A model generated the notes under the pieces. The model had not been told where the DNA came from, searched no databases, and saw nothing but the letters and a program-made list of their open reading frames with translations. A program made the position numbers and the translations under genes. 28,820 nt of DNA from the NCBI GenBank assembly GCA_024644505.1, contig JAHEHQ010000001.1:1-28820 (forward strand), given 5' to 3'. The stretch's first letter is position 1, and each line of letters begins with the position of its first letter. This stretch comes from Gammaproteobacteria bacterium (GTDB lineage Bacteria; Pseudomonadota; Gammaproteobacteria; Chromatiales; Chromatiaceae). Positions 9,515-19,292 of the stretch are shown here, piece by piece.

Positions 9515-11020
9515 ATGCAATTTTCTCGAAAGACCATTGTGCTCTTCATCGCCGCAGGATCCCTGATGCTGGGCATCCAGAATGCCTCGGCAATGGGCAT
9601 GGGGTGTTCCCCTCTTAACAAGCCATCCGGATACACGGAAAACCGATTCGACCGAACCCGGGCTGTTACCCACCGGGATTTCCGGCAATCCCCGCGGCCC
9701 GCCTACAGGCCTCCGGCGCCCGTGGGGCAAATGCCTGCCCGGCACCGATATGAAAGATATGCGATGCCGGGTCGCGGTTACCCGATCCGGCACAACCCCC
9801 GCGCCATGCGCCATGCACATCCCCACCCTATGCGTCATACCCCGCCCCGCCGTTGGGAGGCGCATGCCCAAAGAGGATACGGCAATCCCCAATGGCGCCC
9901 CGTACAGCACTTCAGCCCCCCCGGCAGCTTGCCATGGGGAATGCCCAGGCCCGGGTGGGGCACCGGCCCGGTTCATGCCGTTGGCTTAGATCCGCGCAGA
10001 CATGCCGCAAGATATCCTTATCCCCCCATGGGACGATACCTGGCACAGCCCTATCGAATACAGCCACCCTACCCCGGCATGCCGGGACCCGGCACCCGAA
10101 ATCACCATTATGGCCAGGGCAACCAGAACATCCCGGCCCGATGGCAGCGCCATGTGTACAGACCCATGCCGCCCCGCGCCTACGCCTATGGTCGGCCCGG
10201 CTGGTACGGCAGGCCGCCGGTTTATGCCTACCGCGGACCGGTCTGGCAGCCTCCCGGGGCAGCCTGGCGCCCATCTGCCGGCAGGCAGCTCCGCCCCTAT
10301 TACGCGATGCCCCACAGCGGGCCCGGCATGAGAATGGGGAGGCCTTTCAGCCCAATGGGGACCAGGCCCTGGACACGCTGGGAACAACACACCCCAAAGG
10401 CAGCGCGCACCGACGCAGACGCCAGGCGTGCACCGGCTCCCGCCACCCCTGTCTCCAACCAGACCGCGGAAATCCGGACGGAGCCGCAGACAGCGCCCCA
10501 TGGGATAGACCCAACAGTACCGGTATCGCTGCCGGAACCGGAAGCAGACCTGAAATCTTCGGAAACCCCGGCCGCCCCTGTTGCGGAAGATGATGCGGAC
10601 AGCCTGCCCGGCGTGGTCGAACCCTTCGACTCCTCACCCTCGCCCCGGGAACCGGCGGGAACCGGGAGAACGGCAGGGACCGCGGCCCTTGATGGGGTAA
10701 GAGAAGAAAGCCGCCCGGAAACCACCGATCATTCTCTGTCGACAAACGGAGTCCGGGGTGCCTACCAGACCTCTCCAGGCAAACGGCAAACTATGGCGAA
10801 TGAGGACGGGGTTAGATCCGCAGACCTGGGGGACGGGCGGAAAAACCTGGCGTCGTCAGATCCGGCAGACCCAATCGCAAAGCCGGGGGCGCCCCCGTAC
10901 GGGGATATGCCGACCGGAATTTCCGCGCCCCCCATCCCGACGCTTGCCGCCGGCGAGCACACCTTCCAACCAGGCTATGGGCGGGAAACCGGGGGGGCCT
11001 CTGTCTTGATAAGGCCCTGA
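9515..11020 (+). CDS. Exported low-complexity Pro/Arg/Tyr/Gly-rich protein of unknown function
   Basis: RBS AGAGGA precedes ATG 9515. Signal peptide MQFSRKTIVLFIAAGSLMLGIQNASA. It is the only ORF filling the 1.5 kb between recQ and topA, and its Tyr/Trp enrichment is not expected of a GC-rich shadow ORF. Confidence 0.75.
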   Translation: MQFSRKTIVLFIAAGSLMLGIQNASAMGMGCSPLNKPSGYTENRFDRTRAVTHRDFRQSPRPAYRPPAPVGQMPARHRYERYAMPGRGYPIRHNPRAMRHAHPHPMRHTPPRRWEAHAQRGYGNPQWRPVQHFSPPGSLPWGMPRPGWGTGPVHAVGLDPRRHAARYPYPPMGRYLAQPYRIQPPYPGMPGPGTRNHHYGQGNQNIPARWQRHVYRPMPPRAYAYGRPGWYGRPPVYAYRGPVWQPPGAAWRPSAGRQLRPYYAMPHSGPGMRMGRPFSPMGTRPWTRWEQHTPKAARTDADARRAPAPATPVSNQTAEIRTEPQTAPHGIDPTVPVSLPEPEADLKSSETPAAPVAEDDADSLPGVVEPFDSSPSPREPAGTGRTAGTAALDGVREESRPETTDHSLSTNGVRGAYQTSPGKRQTMANEDGVRSADLGDGRKNLASSDPADPIAKPGAPPYGDMPTGISAPPIPTLAAGEHTFQPGYGRETGGASVLIRP

Positions 11021-13296
11021 GACTCCTCCACAGGCTCTGAATAGCTGCAGGCCTTCTGGGGGCAAACCTTGGAAGTCCCCTTGGTCTTGGTCGTCTTGAC
11101 GGTCAGGATCGGCCAACCGCAGCGGGGGCAGGGCTCCGCCACCGGCTCGTTCCAGGTTGCGTAATCGCACGACGGGTAGGTGGAGCAGGAAAAGAATATT
11201 TTTCCACGCCGTGACTTGCGGCGCATCAGTGTACCCTTATTGCACTTCGGACAGGTCACGCCGGTATCCACCGGCTTCTCCAGGGGCTCGATAAAGCGGC
11301 AGCCTGGATAGCTGCTGCAACCGATGAATTTTCCGTATTTCCCTTTCTTGATCACCAGATCCGAACCGCACTCGGGACACTTGCGACCCTCTACGATTTC
11401 AGGCACCTCCTGCTCTCTGGCGTTGCCATTGAGGTCTCTGGTGTAGTCGCAAGTGGGGTAGTCGGTGCAGCCGACGAAGCGGCCGTGCCGACCGAGACGG
11501 ATGGACAGCGGCTTCCCGCACTTGGGGCAGGCCTCGTCCATCGCTTCCTGGGTCACGTCGCTGCGCTTGACGTTGTCCTGGGTGTGATCGATCCGCTCCT
11601 TGAAAGGCTGCCAGAACTGCTTCAGCAGCGGGACCCACTCTTCCTCGCCCCGGGAGACCGCGTCCAGTTCGTCCTCCAGCCTGGCGGTGAAATCATAGTC
11701 CACATAACGCGCAAAATAGCGGGTCAGAAAACGGTTTACCACCCGGCCCACGTCGGTGGGATGAAACCGCTTCTTTTCCAGCACCACGTATTCCCGGTCC
11801 TGGAGGGTGGAAATGATGGACGCATAGGTGGAGGGGCGCCCGATGCCATGCTCTTCCAGCGCCTTCACCAGGCTTGCCTCGCTGTACCTGGGCGGCGGTT
11901 CCGTAAAATGCTGCTCCGGCCGGATACCCTTTAACGAGACCGCCTCACCCTCCTTGAGAGGGGGCAGCATTTTCTCGTCATCGTCTGTTTTCTTGGCATC
12001 ATCCACGCCCTCCATGTATACCAGCATGAAACCGGGATTCGCTATGGTCGAACCGGTGGCGCGAAAGCTGTTGCCCTGACCGCATGCGAGATCCACCGTG
12101 ACCGTGTCGATGGTGGCGTGGATCATCTGGGACGCGACGGTCCGCTTCCAGATCAACTCGTACAGCCGGTGCTGATCCCGGGTCAGGTGGTCCTTGAGCC
12201 TGTCCGGGGTGCGCTCCACGGAGGTCGGGCGGATGGCTTCGTGGGCCTCCTGGGCGTTCTTCGCCTTGGTCTTGTAGCGGCGCGGCTCCGCGGGCAGGTG
12301 CGAGTTATCGAAGCGGTTCGCGATATAGGCTCGCAACTCGGTCAGCGCCTCGTCCGCCAGATTGACGGAGTCGGTACGCATGTAGGTGATCAGGCCCACC
12401 GCGCCCTCGCCGGTATCCATACCCTCGTACAACTGCTGGGCGGTGCGCATGGTCCGCTGGGCGGTGAAGCCGAGTTTTCGCGCTGCCTCCTGCTGCAGCG
12501 TCGAGGTCGTGAAGGGAGCGGCGGGGTTGCGACGGCGCTGCTTTTTCTGCACCTTGTCCACGATCAGGCGGCCGCCCGCCGCATCGTTCAGTATTTTTTC
12601 GGCAGCGGCCGCGCTTTCGCCATCGGTGATGCTGAACTGCTCCAGCCTGTTTCCCTGATAGGTGTGGAGCTTGGCGCTGAACGCCTGACGGTCCTTTTTC
12701 AGATCCGCTTCGATGGTCCAGTACTCCCGCGCCCGGAAGGCCTCGATCTCCTCTTCCCGCTCCACGATCATACGCAGCGCGGGGCTCTGGACCCGGCCGG
12801 CGGAGAGACCGCGGCGCACCTTCTTCCATAACAAAGGCGACAGATTGAAACCCACCAGGTAGTCCAGGGCCCGCCTCGCCTGCTGGGCGTTGACCAGATC
12901 CATGGACAGGTCCCGCGGGTGCTCTATGGCCTCCTGGATGGCATTTTTCGTGATCTCATTGAAGACCACGCGGTGCACGGTCTTGTCCTTGAGATGACGA
13001 CGGCTCTTGAGCAGTTCGTAGAGGTGCCAGGAGATCGCCTCCCCCTCCCGGTCCGGGTCAGTGGCGAGATAGAGGGCATCCGCCCCCTTGAGGGCCTTGC
13101 TGATGGCCTGCACATGGCGGTCGTTCCGGTCGATGACCTGGTATTTCATCCGGAACCCGCTTTCGGGATCCACCGCCCCCTCTTTCGGGACCAGGTCTCT
13201 GACATGCCCATAGGAGGCGAGTACCTTGAAATCTTTTCCAAGGTACTTGTTGATGGTCTTGGCCTTGGCCGGGGACTCGACGATAACAAGGTTCAT
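10975..13296 (-). CDS. topA: DNA topoisomerase I with four C-terminal zinc ribbons
   Basis: Motifs LVIVESPAKAKTI, ATDPDREGEAI, SAGRVQSPAL, ITYMRTDS, AHEAIRPT and GIGRPSTY. Zinc ribbons start CPKC, CPEC, CPKC and CPRC. Confidence 0.98.
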   Translation of the reverse strand: MNLVIVESPAKAKTINKYLGKDFKVLASYGHVRDLVPKEGAVDPESGFRMKYQVIDRNDRHVQAISKALKGADALYLATDPDREGEAISWHLYELLKSRRHLKDKTVHRVVFNEITKNAIQEAIEHPRDLSMDLVNAQQARRALDYLVGFNLSPLLWKKVRRGLSAGRVQSPALRMIVEREEEIEAFRAREYWTIEADLKKDRQAFSAKLHTYQGNRLEQFSITDGESAAAAEKILNDAAGGRLIVDKVQKKQRRRNPAAPFTTSTLQQEAARKLGFTAQRTMRTAQQLYEGMDTGEGAVGLITYMRTDSVNLADEALTELRAYIANRFDNSHLPAEPRRYKTKAKNAQEAHEAIRPTSVERTPDRLKDHLTRDQHRLYELIWKRTVASQMIHATIDTVTVDLACGQGNSFRATGSTIANPGFMLVYMEGVDDAKKTDDDEKMLPPLKEGEAVSLKGIRPEQHFTEPPPRYSEASLVKALEEHGIGRPSTYASIISTLQDREYVVLEKKRFHPTDVGRVVNRFLTRYFARYVDYDFTARLEDELDAVSRGEEEWVPLLKQFWQPFKERIDHTQDNVKRSDVTQEAMDEACPKCGKPLSIRLGRHGRFVGCTDYPTCDYTRDLNGNAREQEVPEIVEGRKCPECGSDLVIKKGKYGKFIGCSSYPGCRFIEPLEKPVDTGVTCPKCNKGTLMRRKSRRGKIFFSCSTYPSCDYATWNEPVAEPCPRCGWPILTVKTTKTKGTSKVCPQKACSYSEPVEESQGLIKTEAPPVSRP

Positions 13297-13330
13297 CTGA
13301 TATTCGACACCATTGGAAACAAAAATTGCA

Positions 13331-13361
13331 TAGGGCCTGTCAACACTGTGCGGATACTCAT
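13331..13361. repeat. Copy of the dispersed repeat (probable MITE end relic)
   Basis: TAGGGCCTGTCAACACTGTGCGGATACTCAT matches 28219-28249 at 28 of 31 positions and lies 34 nt upstream of the topA start. Confidence 0.8.
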
Positions 13362-13466
13362 GATTGGCTCATCCCCGCGGGCGGCATGCCGCACCGGGCT
13401 TTCCCGTCTCTGGGCAAAACCCTTAATTTTCAAGAGATAATTGAAGCCCGCCGTCCGGCGGCCAGA

Positions 13467-13943
13467 TCAATGCAGATAAACGGGGATGTCGTTGTACACC
13501 AAGTCTTCCATCTGTGCAAAGGCTGTTTCCTGACCGGGCTGGTTGATCAGTACCATGAGCACGATCCACTTCAACTCCTCGACCCCGATGGGCATCGACT
13601 CCAGGGCGATAGCCCTGTCGATCACCAGCTCGCGGCTGGAAGGGCTGAGGATACCGTTTTGTTCCAGGTAGAGCAGAAGCCCCCTGCACTCGACATCCAG
13701 ACGCCCCAACTCAGCGTCGGTATAGATCCGGATGGCATGGCTTGCGTGATCACGATTTTCCAGGGAACCCTGACTGCGGGCCAGTTCATCCATCCAGCGA
13801 AAGGCCTTGTCTATCTCGCCCTCCGGAAAACCTGCCTGCACCAGCTCTTCATGAATCTCATCCTGATTCGAAGGGGGGTTCTGTTCGCTGTCCATGTAAT
13901 TTTCGTAGAGATATATCAGGATATCGACAACATTTTCATTCAT
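13467..13943 (-). CDS. smg: Smg / DUF494 family protein
   Basis: Motifs VVDILIYLYENY, LVQAGF, AFRWMDEL, CRGLLLYLEQNGIL, RELVIDRA and LKWIVLMVL. RBS GAAGGA; conserved position after dprA. Confidence 0.92.
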   Translation of the reverse strand: MNENVVDILIYLYENYMDSEQNPPSNQDEIHEELVQAGFPEGEIDKAFRWMDELARSQGSLENRDHASHAIRIYTDAELGRLDVECRGLLLYLEQNGILSPSSRELVIDRAIALESMPIGVEELKWIVLMVLINQPGQETAFAQMEDLVYNDIPVYLH

Positions 13944-13953
13944 GTTACTTCCT

Positions 13954-15105
13954 TCACGGCAGCGCCTCCGCATCCCCACCGGTTTCCCCATGGTATTTCC
14001 CGGTCAGGCAGTACCTGCCACCCGGCGATGGTGACACATAGCCTTCAAGTTCAAGTAATAGAAGCATGGAGGAAACTGACTCCGCGGTCAATCCGGTTCG
14101 CTGTATCAGCAGATCGATGGATAGGGGTTCAAATCCCATACCTCCCAGCAACCGCTTGTACTCCGTGTCCCATTCGGGCGGACAATCCGACGGAGGGTCC
14201 ACCTCCGGGAGGGGGGTCCCACGCAGATGGGAGAGCAACGGCCCCAGCTCCTCTATCACGTCCTGGGCGCTCTCCACCAGCTTGGCACCCTGGCGTATCA
14301 GGGCATGGCAACCCCGGGCCAGGGGGTTATGTATGGAGCCTGGTATGGCAAACACCTCCCGGCCCTGCTCCGCGGCCTGCCGGGCGGTAATCAGCGATCC
14401 GCTTCTTTTGGCCGCCTCCACCACCAGGGTCCCAAGGCTCAAGCCGCTGATAATCCGGTTTCGCAGGGGAAAATGGTGGCGCCTCGCCGGCGTTCCCGGG
14501 GGAAATTCCGAGACCAGGGCACCCTGTTCGGCGATGCAATGGGCAAGCCTGCGATGCCTTGCGGGATAGACCCGGTCCAACCCCGTCGCGGCCACCGCGA
14601 TGGTTATGCCATCCGCATCGAGGGCCCCCTGGTGGCCGGCCGCATCGATGCCCGTGGCCAGACCGCTGGTGATCCCGACCCCGGTCGCCGCCAGGTAGCG
14701 TCCGAATTCCCTTGCCGTCTGCCGGCCGGCATGGCTGGGGTTTCGACTGCCCACAATGGCTATCTGCGGGTTGGAAAGGAGCGTCGGATCGCCTTTCAGG
14801 AACAAAAGCGGGGGCGGATCCGCGATCCGGGTCAGCAGATCGGGATACCGGGAACTCCCGATGGGGATGAGATGGTGACCCGGCTGCTCCAGCCATGCCA
14901 GCCCTTCGCTGATCGCTGACCAGTCCGGCGAGCGCAGCCATGCCAGCGACTCCGTTTTCAGATTAAGGCCTGGCGCACTTTTTCGGACCCTTTCGAACAA
15001 TTCCCGGGGGCTTTCGAACTCACCGAGAAGGCGGCCGACGGTGCGCGCCCCAAGGCCGGGCACCTGTTGCAGTGCCAGCCAGTACCTGCGGTCTTTTTCA
15101 TCCAT
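13954..15105 (-). CDS. dprA: DNA-processing protein DprA
   Basis: Motifs DPPPLLFLKG, IAIVGSRN, ITSGLATGID, ALVSEFPPG, FPLRNRIISGLS, VVEAAKRSGSLITA and VFAIPGSIHNP. Confidence 0.97.
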   Translation of the reverse strand: MDEKDRRYWLALQQVPGLGARTVGRLLGEFESPRELFERVRKSAPGLNLKTESLAWLRSPDWSAISEGLAWLEQPGHHLIPIGSSRYPDLLTRIADPPPLLFLKGDPTLLSNPQIAIVGSRNPSHAGRQTAREFGRYLAATGVGITSGLATGIDAAGHQGALDADGITIAVAATGLDRVYPARHRRLAHCIAEQGALVSEFPPGTPARRHHFPLRNRIISGLSLGTLVVEAAKRSGSLITARQAAEQGREVFAIPGSIHNPLARGCHALIRQGAKLVESAQDVIEELGPLLSHLRGTPLPEVDPPSDCPPEWDTEYKRLLGGMGFEPLSIDLLIQRTGLTAESVSSMLLLLELEGYVSPSPGGRYCLTGKYHGETGGDAEALP

Positions 15106-15125
15106 GAATCCGCCTTTTCTTTAGA

Positions 15126-16175
15126 TCACTGATCAGGCGATATGACACGGTCCCCGACGTGGATGCTGCGGCTGGCACGCATCACCAGGCCGAAACTGAC
15201 GCGCGAGAAGGTGCGGAATACTAACAGCGTGCCGGCGGGTTCGTCCGGCAGCGTGACATGGGTGCGGACGTTATCCACCCACTTTACCAGGTCCCTGATC
15301 TTCTCGCCCCGCTGATTGATGGTCAGGACGTCGCCGACAGCCAGACCGTCCTTTTCGCCCCGGTCCAGGACCACCACATTGAACTGTCCGATCTCCCTGA
15401 CGCCGTTGAGCACCGAAATGATACTGCCGGAAATCGGCCTGGAAGGCGCCTTCGGATAGAAGGAGTCCATGGCCACATCTTCGGTAACCGGGATCAGCCG
15501 ATCCCCGATGTTCACCTCCATCTGCACGGAGGTCATCAGGACAGTGGCAGGGTCGCCGGTGCGCTGCAGTTCCGCGTTCCCCACGTACTGCGCCTCGTAC
15601 CCCAGGATCTCCCCGGTGTCCGCATCCTTGTAGGGATCACCCGGCCGCACCACGTCGAACCTGATCTCCTCGTCGTTCTCGATGGCACGGACATAGGCCT
15701 TGTTGTCGGTGCTGCCCATCAGGTGCTCCCGGCCGAAGCTCACCATGTAGGGTTTTGAGTCGAGGTCTTCGCCCTCGATGACATAGGGCCTGGTAAGAAA
15801 CTGGTTAATCGCATCCAGGGGAATGAAGGGTATCGCATCGTCCAGGGGGGAGGAGCGAACCTCCGGCGAGAGTTTGACCAGGGAACCCCGTTCCAGGCTG
15901 AGACGGGGCTTGCCGTCCACGTAAGTCAGCACGATGACATCGCCGGGATAGATCAAATGGGGGTTCTGGATCTGAGGATTGACATACCATACGTCCGGCC
16001 AGCGCCAGGGTTCGCGCAGAAAGCGTGCCGAGATATCCCAAAGCGTATCGCCCCTTACCACCACGTATCGGTCCGGATGAGCAGGATTGACGGCAACATC
16101 CGATTGCGCCCAGGCTGACCAGGCAAGGAACAGGCCGATTACAAGGCTGGCTAACGTGTATTTGGATGAAGGCAT
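15126..16175 (-). CDS. Exported LysM peptidoglycan-binding protein (TsaP-like)
   Basis: Signal peptide ending AWA and LysM motif YVVVRGDTLWDISARFLREPWRWP...NPHLIYPGD. Conserved position upstream of dprA and divergent from def. Confidence 0.9.
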   Translation of the reverse strand: MPSSKYTLASLVIGLFLAWSAWAQSDVAVNPAHPDRYVVVRGDTLWDISARFLREPWRWPDVWYVNPQIQNPHLIYPGDVIVLTYVDGKPRLSLERGSLVKLSPEVRSSPLDDAIPFIPLDAINQFLTRPYVIEGEDLDSKPYMVSFGREHLMGSTDNKAYVRAIENDEEIRFDVVRPGDPYKDADTGEILGYEAQYVGNAELQRTGDPATVLMTSVQMEVNIGDRLIPVTEDVAMDSFYPKAPSRPISGSIISVLNGVREIGQFNVVVLDRGEKDGLAVGDVLTINQRGEKIRDLVKWVDNVRTHVTLPDEPAGTLLVFRTFSRVSFGLVMRASRSIHVGDRVISPDQ

Positions 16176-16475
16176 GACCGCTCCCTTGATAGCTTGCTTA
16201 CAACAAAAACAGGTTGACCAGCCGGTTTGGCGGCATGGAATCCTGTATTATCATAATGTTCTTGAATTGTATTATCCATGTACTATAAGAGCTTATCGGA
16301 ATATTGGCCCTTCTGCAGGGAAAACCCGGGGTAAGGCTCCAGTTTTTAAACATAATTGTTGGTTGGTTCTCAATATCACCGCCGGTCCCGGGAAGCGGGT
16401 TCCGGGGTGCAGTATCTTACTTGAACTGCAGCGGCCGCAACCGGTCTGATCTTGAGTTAAAAGCGGATAGACAAG

Positions 16476-17009
16476 ATGGCAATACTCGACATACTTCATT
16501 TTCCTGACCCCAGACTGCGTAATAAGGCGAAGCCGGTCAAGACCGTGGACGACTCGGTGCGTCGGCTCGTGGACGACATGCTGGAGACCATGTATGAGGC
16601 CCCCGGGATCGGGCTGGCATCCACCCAGGTCAATGATCCAAGGCGGGTGGTGGTCATGGACATTTCAGAGGAGCATGACCAGCCGCTATGCCTGATAAAC
16701 CCCGAAATCCTGGATAAGCAGGGTGAAGAGGAGATGGATGAGGGGTGCCTTTCGGTGCCCGATGTCTACGAGACGGTGATCCGGGCCGAGAAGGTGAAAG
16801 TCAGCGCCCTTGACCGGGATGGCAATCCCTTCGAGATGGAGGCGGACGGGCTGCTGGCTGTCTGCATCCAGCACGAGCTGGATCATCTCGACGGAAAACT
16901 CTTCGTCGATTATCTCTCGAACCTCAAACGCCAGCGCATCAGAAAGCGGCTCGAAAAAGACCAGAAGCAGAAACGCGCACCCAGGTCACCGGAACGAAAA
17001 GTGATCTGA
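16476..17009 (+). CDS. def: Peptide deformylase
   Basis: Motifs [13 protein letters not shown] and QHELDHLDG. Confidence 0.98.
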   Translation: MAILDILHFPDPRLRNKAKPVKTVDDSVRRLVDDMLETMYEAPGIGLASTQVNDPRRVVVMDISEEHDQPLCLINPEILDKQGEEEMDEGCLSVPDVYETVIRAEKVKVSALDRDGNPFEMEADGLLAVCIQHELDHLDGKLFVDYLSNLKRQRIRKRLEKDQKQKRAPRSPERKVI

Positions 17010-17014
17010 CGGCG

Positions 17015-17962
17015 ATGGGAGGCAATGGCAGACAGCTGAACATCATCTTTGCGGGCACGCCTGACTTCGCGGTGCCGCCACTGCGGGAGCTGATTGCCTC
17101 TGAACATCGGGTTATTGCTGTCTATACCCAGCCCGACCGCCCCTCGGGGCGGGGTCGGAAGCTGGTTTCCAGCCCGGTGAAGCAGCTCGCGGAGGCACAG
17201 GGTATTCCCGTGTTTCAACCCCTCAATTTCAGGGCCGAGGAGGATCTCGCCGCGTTGGAGGGCCTGGACGCCGACCTGATGGTTGTCGCGGCCTACGGCC
17301 TGCTGCTGCCCCGGCGGGCTCTCGATGCCCCCCGACTCGGCTGCGTCAACATCCACGCCTCGCTCCTGCCCCGCTGGCGGGGCGCGGCACCCATTCAGCG
17401 GGCGGTGCTGGCGGGTGACGCGGAGACAGGCGTGACCATCATGGAGATGGAGGCCGGGCTGGATACGGGACCCATGCTGCTCAAGAGATCATGCCCCATT
17501 GCCCGGGAAGATACGGGGGGGACCCTGCATGACCGTTTGTCGCTGCTGGGGGCAGAGGCGCTGATGGAGGCCTTGCCCGGCATCGCGGACGGGTCACTGG
17601 ATGCACAACCCCAGGCAGATGAGCTGGCCTGCTATGCCGCAAAACTGGACAAATCCGAGGCCCGGATCGACTGGGGCAGAAGCGCCCTGGAACTGGATCG
17701 CCAGGTTCGTGCCTTCAACCCCTGGCCCGTGGCGCAATGCGATCTCCAGGGAAAGACCCTTCGGGTGTGGGAATCGGCAACGCTTGCCGAACAAAGCACC
17801 GAGCAGCCGGGGACGGTGGTCAGGGCCACCAGAGCAGGTGTCGACGTGGCCACCGGGGACGGGATGCTGCGTATCATGAGGCTGCAGATGCCGGGGAAAC
17901 GCGCCATGAGCGCGGCGGATTTCGTCAATGCCCGCAAGCTGGACGGGGTGCTGCTTGGCTGA
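17015..17962 (+). CDS. fmt: Methionyl-tRNA formyltransferase
   Basis: Motifs IIFAGTPDFA, YTQPDRPSGRG, NIHASLLPRWRGAAPIQRA, GLDTGP and VRAFNPWP. Confidence 0.98.
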   Translation: MGGNGRQLNIIFAGTPDFAVPPLRELIASEHRVIAVYTQPDRPSGRGRKLVSSPVKQLAEAQGIPVFQPLNFRAEEDLAALEGLDADLMVVAAYGLLLPRRALDAPRLGCVNIHASLLPRWRGAAPIQRAVLAGDAETGVTIMEMEAGLDTGPMLLKRSCPIAREDTGGTLHDRLSLLGAEALMEALPGIADGSLDAQPQADELACYAAKLDKSEARIDWGRSALELDRQVRAFNPWPVAQCDLQGKTLRVWESATLAEQSTEQPGTVVRATRAGVDVATGDGMLRIMRLQMPGKRAMSAADFVNARKLDGVLLG

Positions 17963-19292
17963 ACAGGCCCGAGGTGCCAGGGGGGCCGGCCAGCACGACC
18001 CGCGGGCCGCAGCAGCACAGCTGCTGTTTCAGCTGACGGGTGGCAAGTCCCTCTCCATGCTGTTTGAAACGGGCATGGGCAATGTTGCCCGCGGAGACAT
18101 CGGCCTGGTCAAGGAACTGTGCTTCGGCGTCGCACGTTGGCAGTTGAGACTGGAGCAGGTCACCCGACTGCTGGTCAGGAAACCCCTGAAGAAAAAGGAC
18201 GGGGACATCCTGGCCCTGATTCACATTGGTCTCTATCAACTGCTCCATATGCGGATCCCTGCCCACGCAGCCCTGGCGGAAACGGTCAACGCCACACGGG
18301 GTCTGGGAAAGCCATGGGCCTCGGGTCTGGTTAACGGTGTGCTCCGGCGTTTTCTCCGGGAGCGGGAAAGGCTGCTGGTCGAGGCGGACAGATCAGACCA
18401 GGCCCGCCTGGCCCATCCGGCGTGGCTCGTTGAGGGTCTGCGGAACGCCTGGCCTGACCGGTGGCAGGACGTTCTGGAGGCGAACAACCTGCATCCGCCC
18501 ATGAGCCTGAGGGTCAACCTGAAAAAAACCACCCGGGCGGACTACCTCGCAATGCTCGGTGAGGCATCCATCGGGGCCTCACCGATCCCCCACACCGATG
18601 CGGGCATTGTCCTGGACCAGCCGATGCCCGCGGATGCACTGCCGAATTTCAGGGAAGGCCAGGTCTCGATCCAGGACGGAGGGGCTCAGCTGGCAGCGGG
18701 ACTACTGGACCTGCAGCCCGGTCACCGGGTGCTCGACGCCTGTGCCGCCCCGGGGGGGAAGACCGGACAGCTCCTGGAGACGGCCCCCGGCCCTGTCGAG
18801 CTGACGGCCGTGGACATTGACGAGCGCCGATTGAAGCGGGTTCGGGAAAATCTCGACCGCCTGGGATTTCGGGCCGGCATCCGGGCAGGTGACGCCTCGC
18901 GGCCCATTGGAGACTGGGCCGAAACCCTTTATGATCGCATCCTTCTTGACGTGCCCTGCTCCGCCACCGGAGTCATCCGCCGCCACCCGGACATCAAACT
19001 CCTAAGGCGAGCCGACGACATTCCCGCGCTCGCGGCAACCCAGGCACGTATACTCGACGCGATCTGGCCGCTGCTCAAGCCGGGAGGTCTGTTGCTGTAC
19101 GCCACTTGTTCATTGCTGCCCGAAGAAAACCAACGGCAGGTGTCCCGATTCCTGTCTAAGGGCCGCGGGGCACGGCTGCGGCCCATCGACGCGGCCTGGG
19201 GGCATCCGACGGATCCGGGGCGCCAGACGCTGCCCGGCGAATCCACCATGGACGGGTTCTACTACGCATGCCTGGAGAAACCGGGGCAATGA
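17955..19292 (+). CDS. rsmB: 16S rRNA m5C967 methyltransferase
   Basis: NusB-like N-terminus (ELCFGVARW, GLYQL, NGVLRRF) plus VLDACAAPGGKT, LDVPCSATG and YATCS. TTG start overlapping the fmt end is inferred. Confidence 0.96.
   Translation: MAEQARGARGAGQHDPRAAAAQLLFQLTGGKSLSMLFETGMGNVARGDIGLVKELCFGVARWQLRLEQVTRLLVRKPLKKKDGDILALIHIGLYQLLHMRIPAHAALAETVNATRGLGKPWASGLVNGVLRRFLRERERLLVEADRSDQARLAHPAWLVEGLRNAWPDRWQDVLEANNLHPPMSLRVNLKKTTRADYLAMLGEASIGASPIPHTDAGIVLDQPMPADALPNFREGQVSIQDGGAQLAAGLLDLQPGHRVLDACAAPGGKTGQLLETAPGPVELTAVDIDERRLKRVRENLDRLGFRAGIRAGDASRPIGDWAETLYDRILLDVPCSATGVIRRHPDIKLLRRADDIPALAATQARILDAIWPLLKPGGLLLYATCSLLPEENQRQVSRFLSKGRGARLRPIDAAWGHPTDPGRQTLPGESTMDGFYYACLEKPGQ

Noticed and set aside
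14124-14137. GGGGTTCAAATCCC resembling a tRNA T-arm
   Set aside because: It is the antisense of dprA codons (GFEP), and no acceptor, D or anticodon arms surround it.
13326-14390. 354 aa + strand ORF
   Set aside because: It overlaps smg and dprA on the opposite strand and shows no motifs.
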